The notes beneath the pieces were generated by a model that was not told the origin of the DNA, did not search any database, and was given only the letters and a program-made list of their open reading frames with translations. Source: Chlamydia trachomatis (GTDB lineage Bacteria > Chlamydiota > Chlamydiia > Chlamydiales > 2-12-FULL-49-11). From it: a stretch of 64,000 bases of DNA. A program made the position numbers and the translations under genes. The stretch's first letter is position 1. Each line of letters begins with the position of its first letter. The stretch covers positions 45,077 to 109,076 of the forward strand of contig CAMAXK010000003.1 of the NCBI GenBank assembly GCA_945862365.1. Reading direction: 5' to 3'. Shown here in pieces: positions 36,974 through 44,672 of this stretch.

Positions 36974-38149
36974 CTGTAACACTTCCTGTTTTGAAGAGAG
37001 GTTATAGTTGATGCAAATCTCTTCGGCTCTTTTTAAAGCTTTTCCAAGTTCGATGCCGGGTTCCATGCCAAGATCCATGAGATCTTTAGAGGTGATAAGT
37101 GGGGTTTTAGCAATTAGACGATCAATGTGGGCGTTTAGTTCGGCTTGCTTTTTTTTATGGAAGGCTAAAAAGCTTATGTCTTGTAAATAAATAGCGGCGA
37201 TCTTTTGGCAAAGTTTGGATTCACTTTGAGCATAAAGATGCACTAGGTCATAATTTGATGCCGATAGTGAAGACTTCCATTTTTCTAGCTCTTCGGTACA
37301 CTGGAGCTCTTTATTAGAAACTTTAAGGTATTTACAAAGCTTAAGCTTTTTTTCTAGTGAAAGATTGTCAAATAGTTCGTAAAGGAAGATGGTCGGGTAG
37401 GTCTCATCTGGAAATTGTGGTAGGGCTTTAAGTTTTTTTTCAAGCTTTTCATGGGAAAGAAGTGGAAAGTCTTTGAAAATAACCTTAAGGAGTCCAAATT
37501 TGTGCATTAGGAGAAGGCCATCAAATAGATGATGCTCTCTTGTCATCTTTTTAAACTCATCATACACCCGTTCAATGGCAACGGCAGGGAAGATCTCAGG
37601 GGCATGAACAATGATGGCTTTTTGAGTCTGCTCTTCAATCGGAAATCCAAAACGAGCGCTGTAGCGGCAAGCTCTGATCATACGAAGACGGTCTTCAAAA
37701 AATCGATGGTTAGGGTCTCCGATTGCTCGAATAATTTTTTTCTCAAGATCGATTTTCCCGCCCACAAAATCATAAATTTTTTCTGTTAAAGGGTCATAAA
37801 ACATCCCATTGATGGTAAAATCCCTCCGTTTGGCATCTTCTTCAGGCCCGCAATGAATAATCCTTCCGGGCCGTCTTCCATCTTCATAATCGGATTCTTT
37901 ACGAAATGTTGCCACTTCAGCATGAATCCCATCTTGAACAACAATAAGTATGGAAAAATTAATCCCTACAGGAATGGTTTTTGGAAATAAAGCCATCACT
38001 TGATCTACAGTTGCATTTGTTGCAATATCAATATCATCGGCTTTTCTCCCAAGAAGATGGTCCCTTACCCAACCTCCAGCAAAATAAGCTATAAACCCTT
38101 TTGAGGAAAGTGTTTCTACGATTTTCTTAGCAGCCTTGTAACAGTTCAT
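36950..38149 (-). CDS. tRNA nucleotidyltransferase (CCA-adding) / poly(A) polymerase family protein
   Basis: GGWVRDHLLGRKADDIDIAT nucleotidyltransferase head motif and RDFTINGMFYD. 399 aa. Confidence 0.85.
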   Translation of the reverse strand: MNCYKAAKKIVETLSSKGFIAYFAGGWVRDHLLGRKADDIDIATNATVDQVMALFPKTIPVGINFSILIVVQDGIHAEVATFRKESDYEDGRRPGRIIHCGPEEDAKRRDFTINGMFYDPLTEKIYDFVGGKIDLEKKIIRAIGDPNHRFFEDRLRMIRACRYSARFGFPIEEQTQKAIIVHAPEIFPAVAIERVYDEFKKMTREHHLFDGLLLMHKFGLLKVIFKDFPLLSHEKLEKKLKALPQFPDETYPTIFLYELFDNLSLEKKLKLCKYLKVSNKELQCTEELEKWKSSLSASNYDLVHLYAQSESKLCQKIAAIYLQDISFLAFHKKKQAELNAHIDRLIAKTPLITSKDLMDLGMEPGIELGKALKRAEEICINYNLSSKQEVLQLLQSKNK

Positions 38150-38277
38150 TTCTCTAGTGTAGAGAGAGTTGATTTTAAAGAATAGTAGATTTTTCCATCT
38201 AAAATTTTTAAATATAATGATTGAAATTAACTTTTACTTGTGTGATAAAAGTATTATTTTAAATAAATTAGGTGAAT

Positions 38278-39369
38278 ATGAGAAATAAATTTTTTTTACT
38301 AACTTTGTGTATGTTTTATGCCCTTGAGGCAAAGACAGCTTTGATTTTTGGCATTACAGGGCAAGATGGGGCCTATTTATCGGAGCTTTTATTAGAAAAG
38401 GGGTATACAGTTCATGGGGTAAAACGGAGAAGTTCGCTCATAAATACATCGCGTATTGATCACTTATATGAAGATCCAAGTATTGCTCAAAGACGTTTTA
38501 TACTTCACTATGGCGATATTTCCGATGCGCTTAATGTTTGCTCTATCATACAAAAGGTGCAACCTGACGAAGTCTATAACCTTGCAGCGCAAAGTCATGT
38601 TCAAGTTTCTTTTGACAAACCTTGTTATACCTCTGATGTAAACGCTACAGGGGTATTAAATGTGTTAGAGGCAATTCGTTTATTAGGTCTTTCTAAAAAA
38701 ACAAGAGTTTATCAAGCCTCAACAAGTGAGATGTTTGGAGAAGTTTTACAAACGCCACAAACTGAATTGACCCCTTTTAATCCTCGATCACCCTATGGTG
38801 TGGCAAAAGTGTATGGATTTTTCATCACTAAAAACTACCGAGAATCCTATGGGATGCATGCCTCTAATGGGATTTTATTTAACCATGAATCGCCAAGACG
38901 TGGGGAAACCTTTGTGACACGAAAAATTACACGAGCTGTAGCTATGATTAGCAAAGGGTTGCAGGATTGCTTATATTTAGGGAATATGAATTCAATGAGA
39001 GATTTTGGTTATGCAAAAGACTATGTCTATGCAATGTGGCTGATGCTTCAACAAGATAAAGCAGATGATTATGTGATTGGGACAGGGAAAATGTACAGTG
39101 TAAGAGAGTTTGTTGAAAAAGCTTTTTTTCAAATTGGTATTACCATACAATGGCAGGGGGTTGGTTTAGAGGAAGTGGGTATTGATAAAGATACTCAAAA
39201 AGTTTATGTAAGAGTGTCTGAAAAGTACTTTAGACCTGCAGAGGTGGATTTGCTCATCTCAGACCCTACAAAAGCAAAAGAAAAGCTAGGGTGGCAATCC
39301 ACTACATCGATTGATGAATTAGTCAAAATTATGGTAGATGCCGATCTTAAGGATTTGGAGGGAAAATGA
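38278..39369 (+). CDS. gmd: GDP-mannose 4,6-dehydratase
   Basis: [27 protein letters not shown] (Rossmann), [16 protein letters not shown] (YxxxK), NHESPRRG. An unusual ~19-aa hydrophobic N-terminal extension is present. The start is ambiguous (38272 GTG, 38278 ATG or 38311 ATG). Confidence 0.9.
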   Translation: MRNKFFLLTLCMFYALEAKTALIFGITGQDGAYLSELLLEKGYTVHGVKRRSSLINTSRIDHLYEDPSIAQRRFILHYGDISDALNVCSIIQKVQPDEVYNLAAQSHVQVSFDKPCYTSDVNATGVLNVLEAIRLLGLSKKTRVYQASTSEMFGEVLQTPQTELTPFNPRSPYGVAKVYGFFITKNYRESYGMHASNGILFNHESPRRGETFVTRKITRAVAMISKGLQDCLYLGNMNSMRDFGYAKDYVYAMWLMLQQDKADDYVIGTGKMYSVREFVEKAFFQIGITIQWQGVGLEEVGIDKDTQKVYVRVSEKYFRPAEVDLLISDPTKAKEKLGWQSTTSIDELVKIMVDADLKDLEGK

Positions 39370-39827
39370 GGACTTTAGTAACTGCGGCTGTGATGGTATT
39401 GAGCGTTGGCTTTTCAGAAACCTTTGAAATGCATATCACAAATCGTCAAGCAGGATGTATAGAAACCATTTTATACTCCTTATCGGAAAAAAGCACCGGT
39501 AGTTTGATGTTTAATGCCCATCAGTTACGTTCTATGGGAAAAGAAATAGATTCTGTCCCACCACTTGAATTTTTGTTCTATATCTTAAAAAAGCCCTATC
39601 TAATTAAGTATATGTCTAATACGAAGGATCGATTTTTCCAATGGAATGCGTTTATTTCTGGTTTTGGTGAAAAATGTAACAGAGAAGATGTTTATTCAAA
39701 AATTCAGCAGGATTTAGAGATTTTTGCTTTGGCAATAGGGGAAAGTGGGGAAGATTTAAGAGCTTTTGTAGATAGCAGAGATTGGAAAGCGCTTGTAAAA
39801 TATTTATTAAAAAGGAGGTTGGAATGA
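39366..39827 (+). CDS. hypothetical secreted protein, paralogue A
   Basis: 153 aa with a signal-like N-terminus. ATGA overlap with the gmd stop (39366-39369). Paralogous to the next ORF. Confidence 0.6.
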   Translation: MRTLVTAAVMVLSVGFSETFEMHITNRQAGCIETILYSLSEKSTGSLMFNAHQLRSMGKEIDSVPPLEFLFYILKKPYLIKYMSNTKDRFFQWNAFISGFGEKCNREDVYSKIQQDLEIFALAIGESGEDLRAFVDSRDWKALVKYLLKRRLE

Positions 39828-40321
39828 AAAAATATGGTTTTTATCTATTTATGGTGTTTGGTGGATTACTCTTTGCCGATAAAGGGAATGATCAAAGTCA
39901 AACTGCATTTAGTGAAGAAAGAGAATTTACCTTAACGGTTACACACCATCAAGCAAAGGTGATAGAAGAGCTTGTTGAAACTATGGCAAATACTTCAGTA
40001 TTTGCATTACTATTTAAAAAGGGTTATCTACAGGATCTTGCTAAAAATCTACGCCCAGTAAGTTCTACCCAGTTTCTTGGTTATGTATTTAAACACCCCC
40101 ATTTAATTAAGGGTATGAAAAATATTGTAAAATCAAAAACTAAGTGGGATAGTTTAACAAGAAGTATTGTAAGAGGTCTAAAAAAGGAGTCTGCAACAAC
40201 TTTATTTCACGATATTCCATGCTTTGCTGAATTTACAAATGGGGATCCAGAAGTGTTAACTATGCTTGCTGAAAGAGAAGATTGGAATAGTTTTATTGTA
40301 CACTTAATAGAGCAGAACTAA
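39824..40321 (+). CDS. hypothetical secreted protein, paralogue B
   Basis: 165 aa from the ATG at 39824 (AGGAGG 5 nt upstream; ATGA overlap with the previous stop). Signal-like [18 protein letters not shown]. Shares with paralogue A the pattern HQA..IE, (E/Q)FL(F/G)Y(I/V)(L/F)K.P(Y/H)LIK.M.N and (R/E)DW..(L/F). Confidence 0.6.
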   Translation: MKKYGFYLFMVFGGLLFADKGNDQSQTAFSEEREFTLTVTHHQAKVIEELVETMANTSVFALLFKKGYLQDLAKNLRPVSSTQFLGYVFKHPHLIKGMKNIVKSKTKWDSLTRSIVRGLKKESATTLFHDIPCFAEFTNGDPEVLTMLAEREDWNSFIVHLIEQN

Positions 40322-41591
40322 AAAACCCTTCTGTCACTGATGCAAAGCTTTCAGGTGTTATGAGCTTTGCATTTTTTTTGGCTATGATAAAGTTTGCATT
40401 GCCTCGCTCCCATGGGGGCATAGTATCAAAGTCACTTTTTGTAAGCACAGAAAGGATGTTTGAGAAAATAGGACGTGGGTTATCATGAATAAATATATTC
40501 TTTTCTACCGATTGAAGAAGCTCCATGGTAGTTAATCCCCCCGATTTTGCAATAATGAAATCTAAATGATAATATAAAGGAGCAAGACATGTGTCATCTT
40601 GGAAGGCAAGTGGGATGATTGTTAAGCTCTTAGGATAATCCTCTATTTTTGCAAGTTCATCTAAAATAGATTGATAGTAACTTTGTGAGCTCTTTTGCGG
40701 ACCAACGAGTATAAAAAAGACCTCTTTTCGCTCTTTACAATAGAGGTTTTTTTGAGAAATATAATGAAGCATATACTCAATCATTACAGATTTTTGAGGA
40801 AAAGAACCTAATGTGATTAATGAGAGTGTTTCATCTGTAAAAGTAAAGCTAAGGCTATTTCTTTGTCTTTTAAAGGGCATAGATCCATAACAAAGGCATT
40901 TACAGATGAGATGAGTATGCTCAGGAGTATAGGTATTAAATGTTAAATGTAAGGGTTTTTTGCCCTTATAAGAGTGTTTAAATGCGCGTCTTAGGGGAAA
41001 ATTCTTATAAACAACATTATTTAATGAAAGTCCCGTATATTTTTTCCAAAAACCCTCTTCGGTTGAGCCTGAAAAGTCAGGTTCGGTGGTAGCTATATGG
41101 ATAAAATCCTTATCTTTTTTTGAAAGCTTAAGTAATGGCTTAAAATAGTGTCTACATTTAGGGGAGGGTAAATCTGTTAACACCTTTTCATAGTAAATTT
41201 GCTTATTTTTCCATTTAGAGATTAAACGAATAGCTCTGATAAAGGCTTTGGTCCCCACATGCTGGGTATCAATAATGGTATTTATATCATACTTATAAAG
41301 GTTGATGGCCAAATGAAAGAAAAATGGGATGCCTACTAAAAAGTCAATTCCTCTTGTACACATAGAGAGAAAATAGAGGGAAGTGATGTGGCCATGAGTT
41401 TGACAAACGTTCCAAGCACCTAAAATGGAGGCTCCAATAGGCCTTCCTAAAAAGTCAATAAAGATGTCTTTTTGAATGATATGGGTATACCCGTCGTCTA
41501 AAAGTTCTTGGTGTTTTGCAATCGCAGCCTGCAGATGACCCCCTCCGCCTGAGTGAGTGAGAATTAGAACCCTTTTCCCCGAATTATCCAT
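40293..41591 (-). CDS. GT28-type (MGDG-synthase/UgtP-like) glycosyltransferase
   Basis: N-terminal KRVLILTHSGGGGHLQAAIA (compare the ILS.S.GGGH motif of the MGDG synthase N-domain) and C-terminal IIAKSGGLTTMELL. Confidence 0.55.
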   Translation of the reverse strand: MDNSGKRVLILTHSGGGGHLQAAIAKHQELLDDGYTHIIQKDIFIDFLGRPIGASILGAWNVCQTHGHITSLYFLSMCTRGIDFLVGIPFFFHLAINLYKYDINTIIDTQHVGTKAFIRAIRLISKWKNKQIYYEKVLTDLPSPKCRHYFKPLLKLSKKDKDFIHIATTEPDFSGSTEEGFWKKYTGLSLNNVVYKNFPLRRAFKHSYKGKKPLHLTFNTYTPEHTHLICKCLCYGSMPFKRQRNSLSFTFTDETLSLITLGSFPQKSVMIEYMLHYISQKNLYCKERKEVFFILVGPQKSSQSYYQSILDELAKIEDYPKSLTIIPLAFQDDTCLAPLYYHLDFIIAKSGGLTTMELLQSVEKNIFIHDNPRPIFSNILSVLTKSDFDTMPPWERGNANFIIAKKNAKLITPESFASVTEGFFSSALLSVQ

Positions 41592-41818
41592 GACCCTTCT
41601 AAATAGTGTTTATTTAATAAAGGTAACATATTTTTCGGTTTAGCTAAAGCCTTATCTATAGAATAGATAAAATTTTTTCCCCAAAAAACCCACATTATTA
41701 TATGACATAACATGCTGTATTTCAATAATTTAAGAAAATATTAAATATATACTAATTGATTTAAATTATTAATTATGTTATAATTAACTTATAAGAAATC
41801 ATAACAAAGGATGGAAAT

Positions 41819-42262
41819 ATGGATGCATTAGCTAACGCTAGCAATTTTGGAACGGAACTATATTATTTTGATGCTACACATAGCACTGGGTCAATTAAAC
41901 CTGAAGGAGAAGAGTATAAGAAAAGTGCCTTAAAAAATAAGATAGAGCAGGTAGTTCAACATATATTTGCAGTAGTAGTTGCAACTTTTTTAGCAACCTT
42001 TATTTCTATTGGAACGGGAGGAATTGCAATTGTTCCAATTGTAGCTGGTATTGCTTTTGGAGTGACAACCCTTGGATCTATCGCTCATTTATTTGGCAAA
42101 ATATTCCCTCAAATGGATAAAGACGCACGTGAAGATGAGGAAAGAGAGATAAATGATTCAACAATAAAAGCAAGCCAATCAAACGAAACTTCGGATGACT
42201 GGTGGATGGAGGCAGATAGTGTTACAAAATATAATGCTCTTAAAACGGATGATGAGTTTTAA
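41819..42262 (+). CDS. candidate inclusion-membrane (Inc-type) protein
   Basis: 147 aa. A single ~45-aa bilobed hydrophobic domain (IFAVVVATFLATFISIGTGGIAIVPIVAGIAFGVTTLGSIAHLF) is flanked by hydrophilic, acidic tails. Confidence 0.5.
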   Translation: MDALANASNFGTELYYFDATHSTGSIKPEGEEYKKSALKNKIEQVVQHIFAVVVATFLATFISIGTGGIAIVPIVAGIAFGVTTLGSIAHLFGKIFPQMDKDAREDEEREINDSTIKASQSNETSDDWWMEADSVTKYNALKTDDEF

Positions 42263-42285
42263 CGGAATGGTTAGTATGACTAAAT

Positions 42286-42322
42286 AAAAAAGGGGCCTAT
42301 TTTATAGGCCCCTTTTTTATTT
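42286..42322. terminator. bidirectional Rho-independent terminator between convergent genes
   Basis: AGGGGCCTAT (42291-42300), TTT, ATAGGCCCCT (42304-42313). Perfect 10-bp stem, A-run upstream and T-run downstream. Confidence 0.85.
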
Positions 42323-42324
42323 TC

Positions 42325-44079
42325 TTAGTCCTTCATGGAAAGGAGGAATTCTGTATTGGCGTTTGTTTTCTTCATTCTAGAAAGAAGAAGGTTCATTGCA
42401 TCTGCAGGCGAAAGATCGGCAAGGGCGGCTCGTAGTTTGTAGATTTTTTCAAGCTCATCTTTATGATAGAGTAGATCTTCTTTCCTTGTTCCACTTTTAA
42501 TGACGTCAATGGCAGGGTAAAGGCGTCTATCGGCAAGTCTTCTATCTAGCACAAGCTCTAAGTTACCTGTTCCTTTAAACTCTTCGTAGATTACCTCATC
42601 CATTTTCGAACCTGTGTCAATCAGGGCTGATCCGATGATAGTCAAAGATCCACCCTCTTCAAGGTTTCTTGCAGCTCCAAAGAATCGTTTTGGCTTATGC
42701 ATAGCGTTTGCGTCCACACCACCTGAGAGGATTTTCCCTGAGTGGGGTTGAACGGTATTGTAAGCTCGCGCAAGTCTTGTGATAGAATCTAGGATAATCA
42801 CAACATCTTCCCCATCTTCGACCAGTCTTTTAGCTTTTTCAATGCACATTTCAGCCACAACGCAGTGTCTTTCAGGGGGCTCATCAAAGGTTGAGGCAAT
42901 TACGAGCCCTTTATTACCGATAAGACGTTGCATATCAGTTACCTCTTCAGGTCTTTCATCGATAAGAAGAACCATAAGCTTTACTTCAGGATTGTTTGCG
43001 GCAATTCCGTTGATGATATTTTGTAGGATAATTGTTTTACCCGCCTTTGGAGGGGCAACAATTAAGGCACGTTGACCTTTACCTACAGGGGAGACAAGAT
43101 CGATCACACGTGTGGAGTAGTTATCTTTTGTGGTTTCTAGTAAAAGTCGCTCGGTTGGGTGGATCGGGGTGAAATTCACAAAGGCTTTTCTGTTTGTCAT
43201 TTCCGAAGGCTTTAAGTTATTAACTTTGTCAACACGAAGAAGGGCAAAATATTTGTCATTATCTTTAGGCATACGAATAGGTCCTACCACTTCATCTCCT
43301 TTTTTTAACCCATAATGGAGGATCTGAGCAGCCGATACGTAGATATCTTCGCAGGAAGATTGGTAGTGATATTGCGGAGAGCGAAGAAAACCAAATCCAT
43401 CAGGAAGAGTTTCTAAAGAACCTTCGGCCATAATGATCTGTCCTGGCACGTGGATCTTTGCTTTGATTATAGCTGAAACAATTTGAGATCTGTTCATATT
43501 GGTTAAAGAAACAATATTATGGCTATGAGCATACTTAACAAGCTCCTGAAAGCTCATTTTTTGTAGATCTGAGATTTTTGTAGTTACGGCTTCAACACCC
43601 TCTGGTAGCTCAGGTAGTGAAGGTTCAATAAAGTTACTTTCTTTAGGCTCACGATCATTTCTATGTCTATTGTGGTTATGTTGAAAATTCCCGCCTTTTC
43701 TTCGCTGTTGATTATTATTATTATTATTTCGATTTTTATGGTTTTTTTTCATCGAAGCTTCGTGTTGAGAGATTTCTGATTGCATATCAGGCTCAGATGG
43801 CTCAGATGGTTTTGGGGCTGGGGGCTTTTGCATAGGCTTGATCAAAGGTGGCGGAGTAAGAAGAATTGATTTTGGGGGCTTTATTTCTTGAGATGTCTCA
43901 GGTGCTGGTACTGGTGCTGGTGGAGTAAAGGCTTTAGCCTCAGATGGAGCAGTCGGAGGTGAGGCGGGGGTCTTTTTTGCAGGTTTTGGAGTTTTTTTTG
44001 GCTCCATTGCTTTTTGATCAGTAGTTTCTGTAGTCATGTGGTTCTCTTTTTTTGGTTTTTTGTTCTCATCTTCGGTCAT
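42325..44079 (-). CDS. rho: transcription termination factor Rho with long N-terminal extension
   Basis: The canonical part starts near [16 protein letters not shown]. It has [10 protein letters not shown] (RNA-binding domain), Walker A APPKAGKT, and the C-terminal ATPase. About 165 extra residues precede it. Confidence 0.95.
   Translation of the reverse strand: MTEDENKKPKKENHMTTETTDQKAMEPKKTPKPAKKTPASPPTAPSEAKAFTPPAPVPAPETSQEIKPPKSILLTPPPLIKPMQKPPAPKPSEPSEPDMQSEISQHEASMKKNHKNRNNNNNNQQRRKGGNFQHNHNRHRNDREPKESNFIEPSLPELPEGVEAVTTKISDLQKMSFQELVKYAHSHNIVSLTNMNRSQIVSAIIKAKIHVPGQIIMAEGSLETLPDGFGFLRSPQYHYQSSCEDIYVSAAQILHYGLKKGDEVVGPIRMPKDNDKYFALLRVDKVNNLKPSEMTNRKAFVNFTPIHPTERLLLETTKDNYSTRVIDLVSPVGKGQRALIVAPPKAGKTIILQNIINGIAANNPEVKLMVLLIDERPEEVTDMQRLIGNKGLVIASTFDEPPERHCVVAEMCIEKAKRLVEDGEDVVIILDSITRLARAYNTVQPHSGKILSGGVDANAMHKPKRFFGAARNLEEGGSLTIIGSALIDTGSKMDEVIYEEFKGTGNLELVLDRRLADRRLYPAIDVIKSGTRKEDLLYHKDELEKIYKLRAALADLSPADAMNLLLSRMKKTNANTEFLLSMKD
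43711..43728 (-). repeat. (AAT)6 in-frame trinucleotide repeat encoding N6 in Rho extension
   Basis: The plus strand reads attattattattattatt. It encodes NNNNNN within [18 protein letters not shown]. Confidence 0.9.
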
Positions 44080-44672
44080 GTAATAATTCCTTCCATTAAA
44101 CTTTCGATGCTTTTTTGAAAATCGGCGAAAGTGCCATTGTTTGTTATTGTGTAATCTGCTTTTTTTTCTTTTTCTTCCGCAGGAAGAAATCGGTTCATTC
44201 GTTTTTGAAAATCAGGAAAAGCTGATCTTAAAGAACATAGCTCAGTGTCAGTTTTTACAAAAACTGTTGTATCAAATAAATCTTCCAAAGAGAGCTCAAA
44301 AAGTAGTGGCACTTCTACGGCAAGGATCTTTTTCTCAGCCCTTGTTGACTTTTTGATCTCATCAACCACATAAGGGGTGGTGAGTTTTTCAAGCTTAAAT
44401 AGTAGCTCTTTGTTATTAAAGACCTTCGTTGCTATTTTCTTTTTATCTAACTTTGTATTTGTCAGGATATCATCTCCTAATAATCCATGTATTTTATCAA
44501 TAAGCTCTTGGTTAGTTTGGTAGAGGTTATGAATAATTATATCTACAGAAAGGGTAGATACACCCATTTTTTCAAGAGCCTTCAGCAGGGTGCTCTTTCC
44601 AGAGGAAACACTTCCAGTGACCCCTATTACTTTTATATTAGCACTCGCTCCAATTTTTTCCAACGGAAACAT
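44076..44672 (-). CDS. coaE: dephospho-CoA kinase
   Basis: IGVTGSVSSGKST P-loop, 198 aa. 4-nt overlap with rho. The start overlaps the polA 3' end by 35 nt. Confidence 0.85.
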   Translation of the reverse strand: MFPLEKIGASANIKVIGVTGSVSSGKSTLLKALEKMGVSTLSVDIIIHNLYQTNQELIDKIHGLLGDDILTNTKLDKKKIATKVFNNKELLFKLEKLTTPYVVDEIKKSTRAEKKILAVEVPLLFELSLEDLFDTTVFVKTDTELCSLRSAFPDFQKRMNRFLPAEEKEKKADYTITNNGTFADFQKSIESLMEGIIT

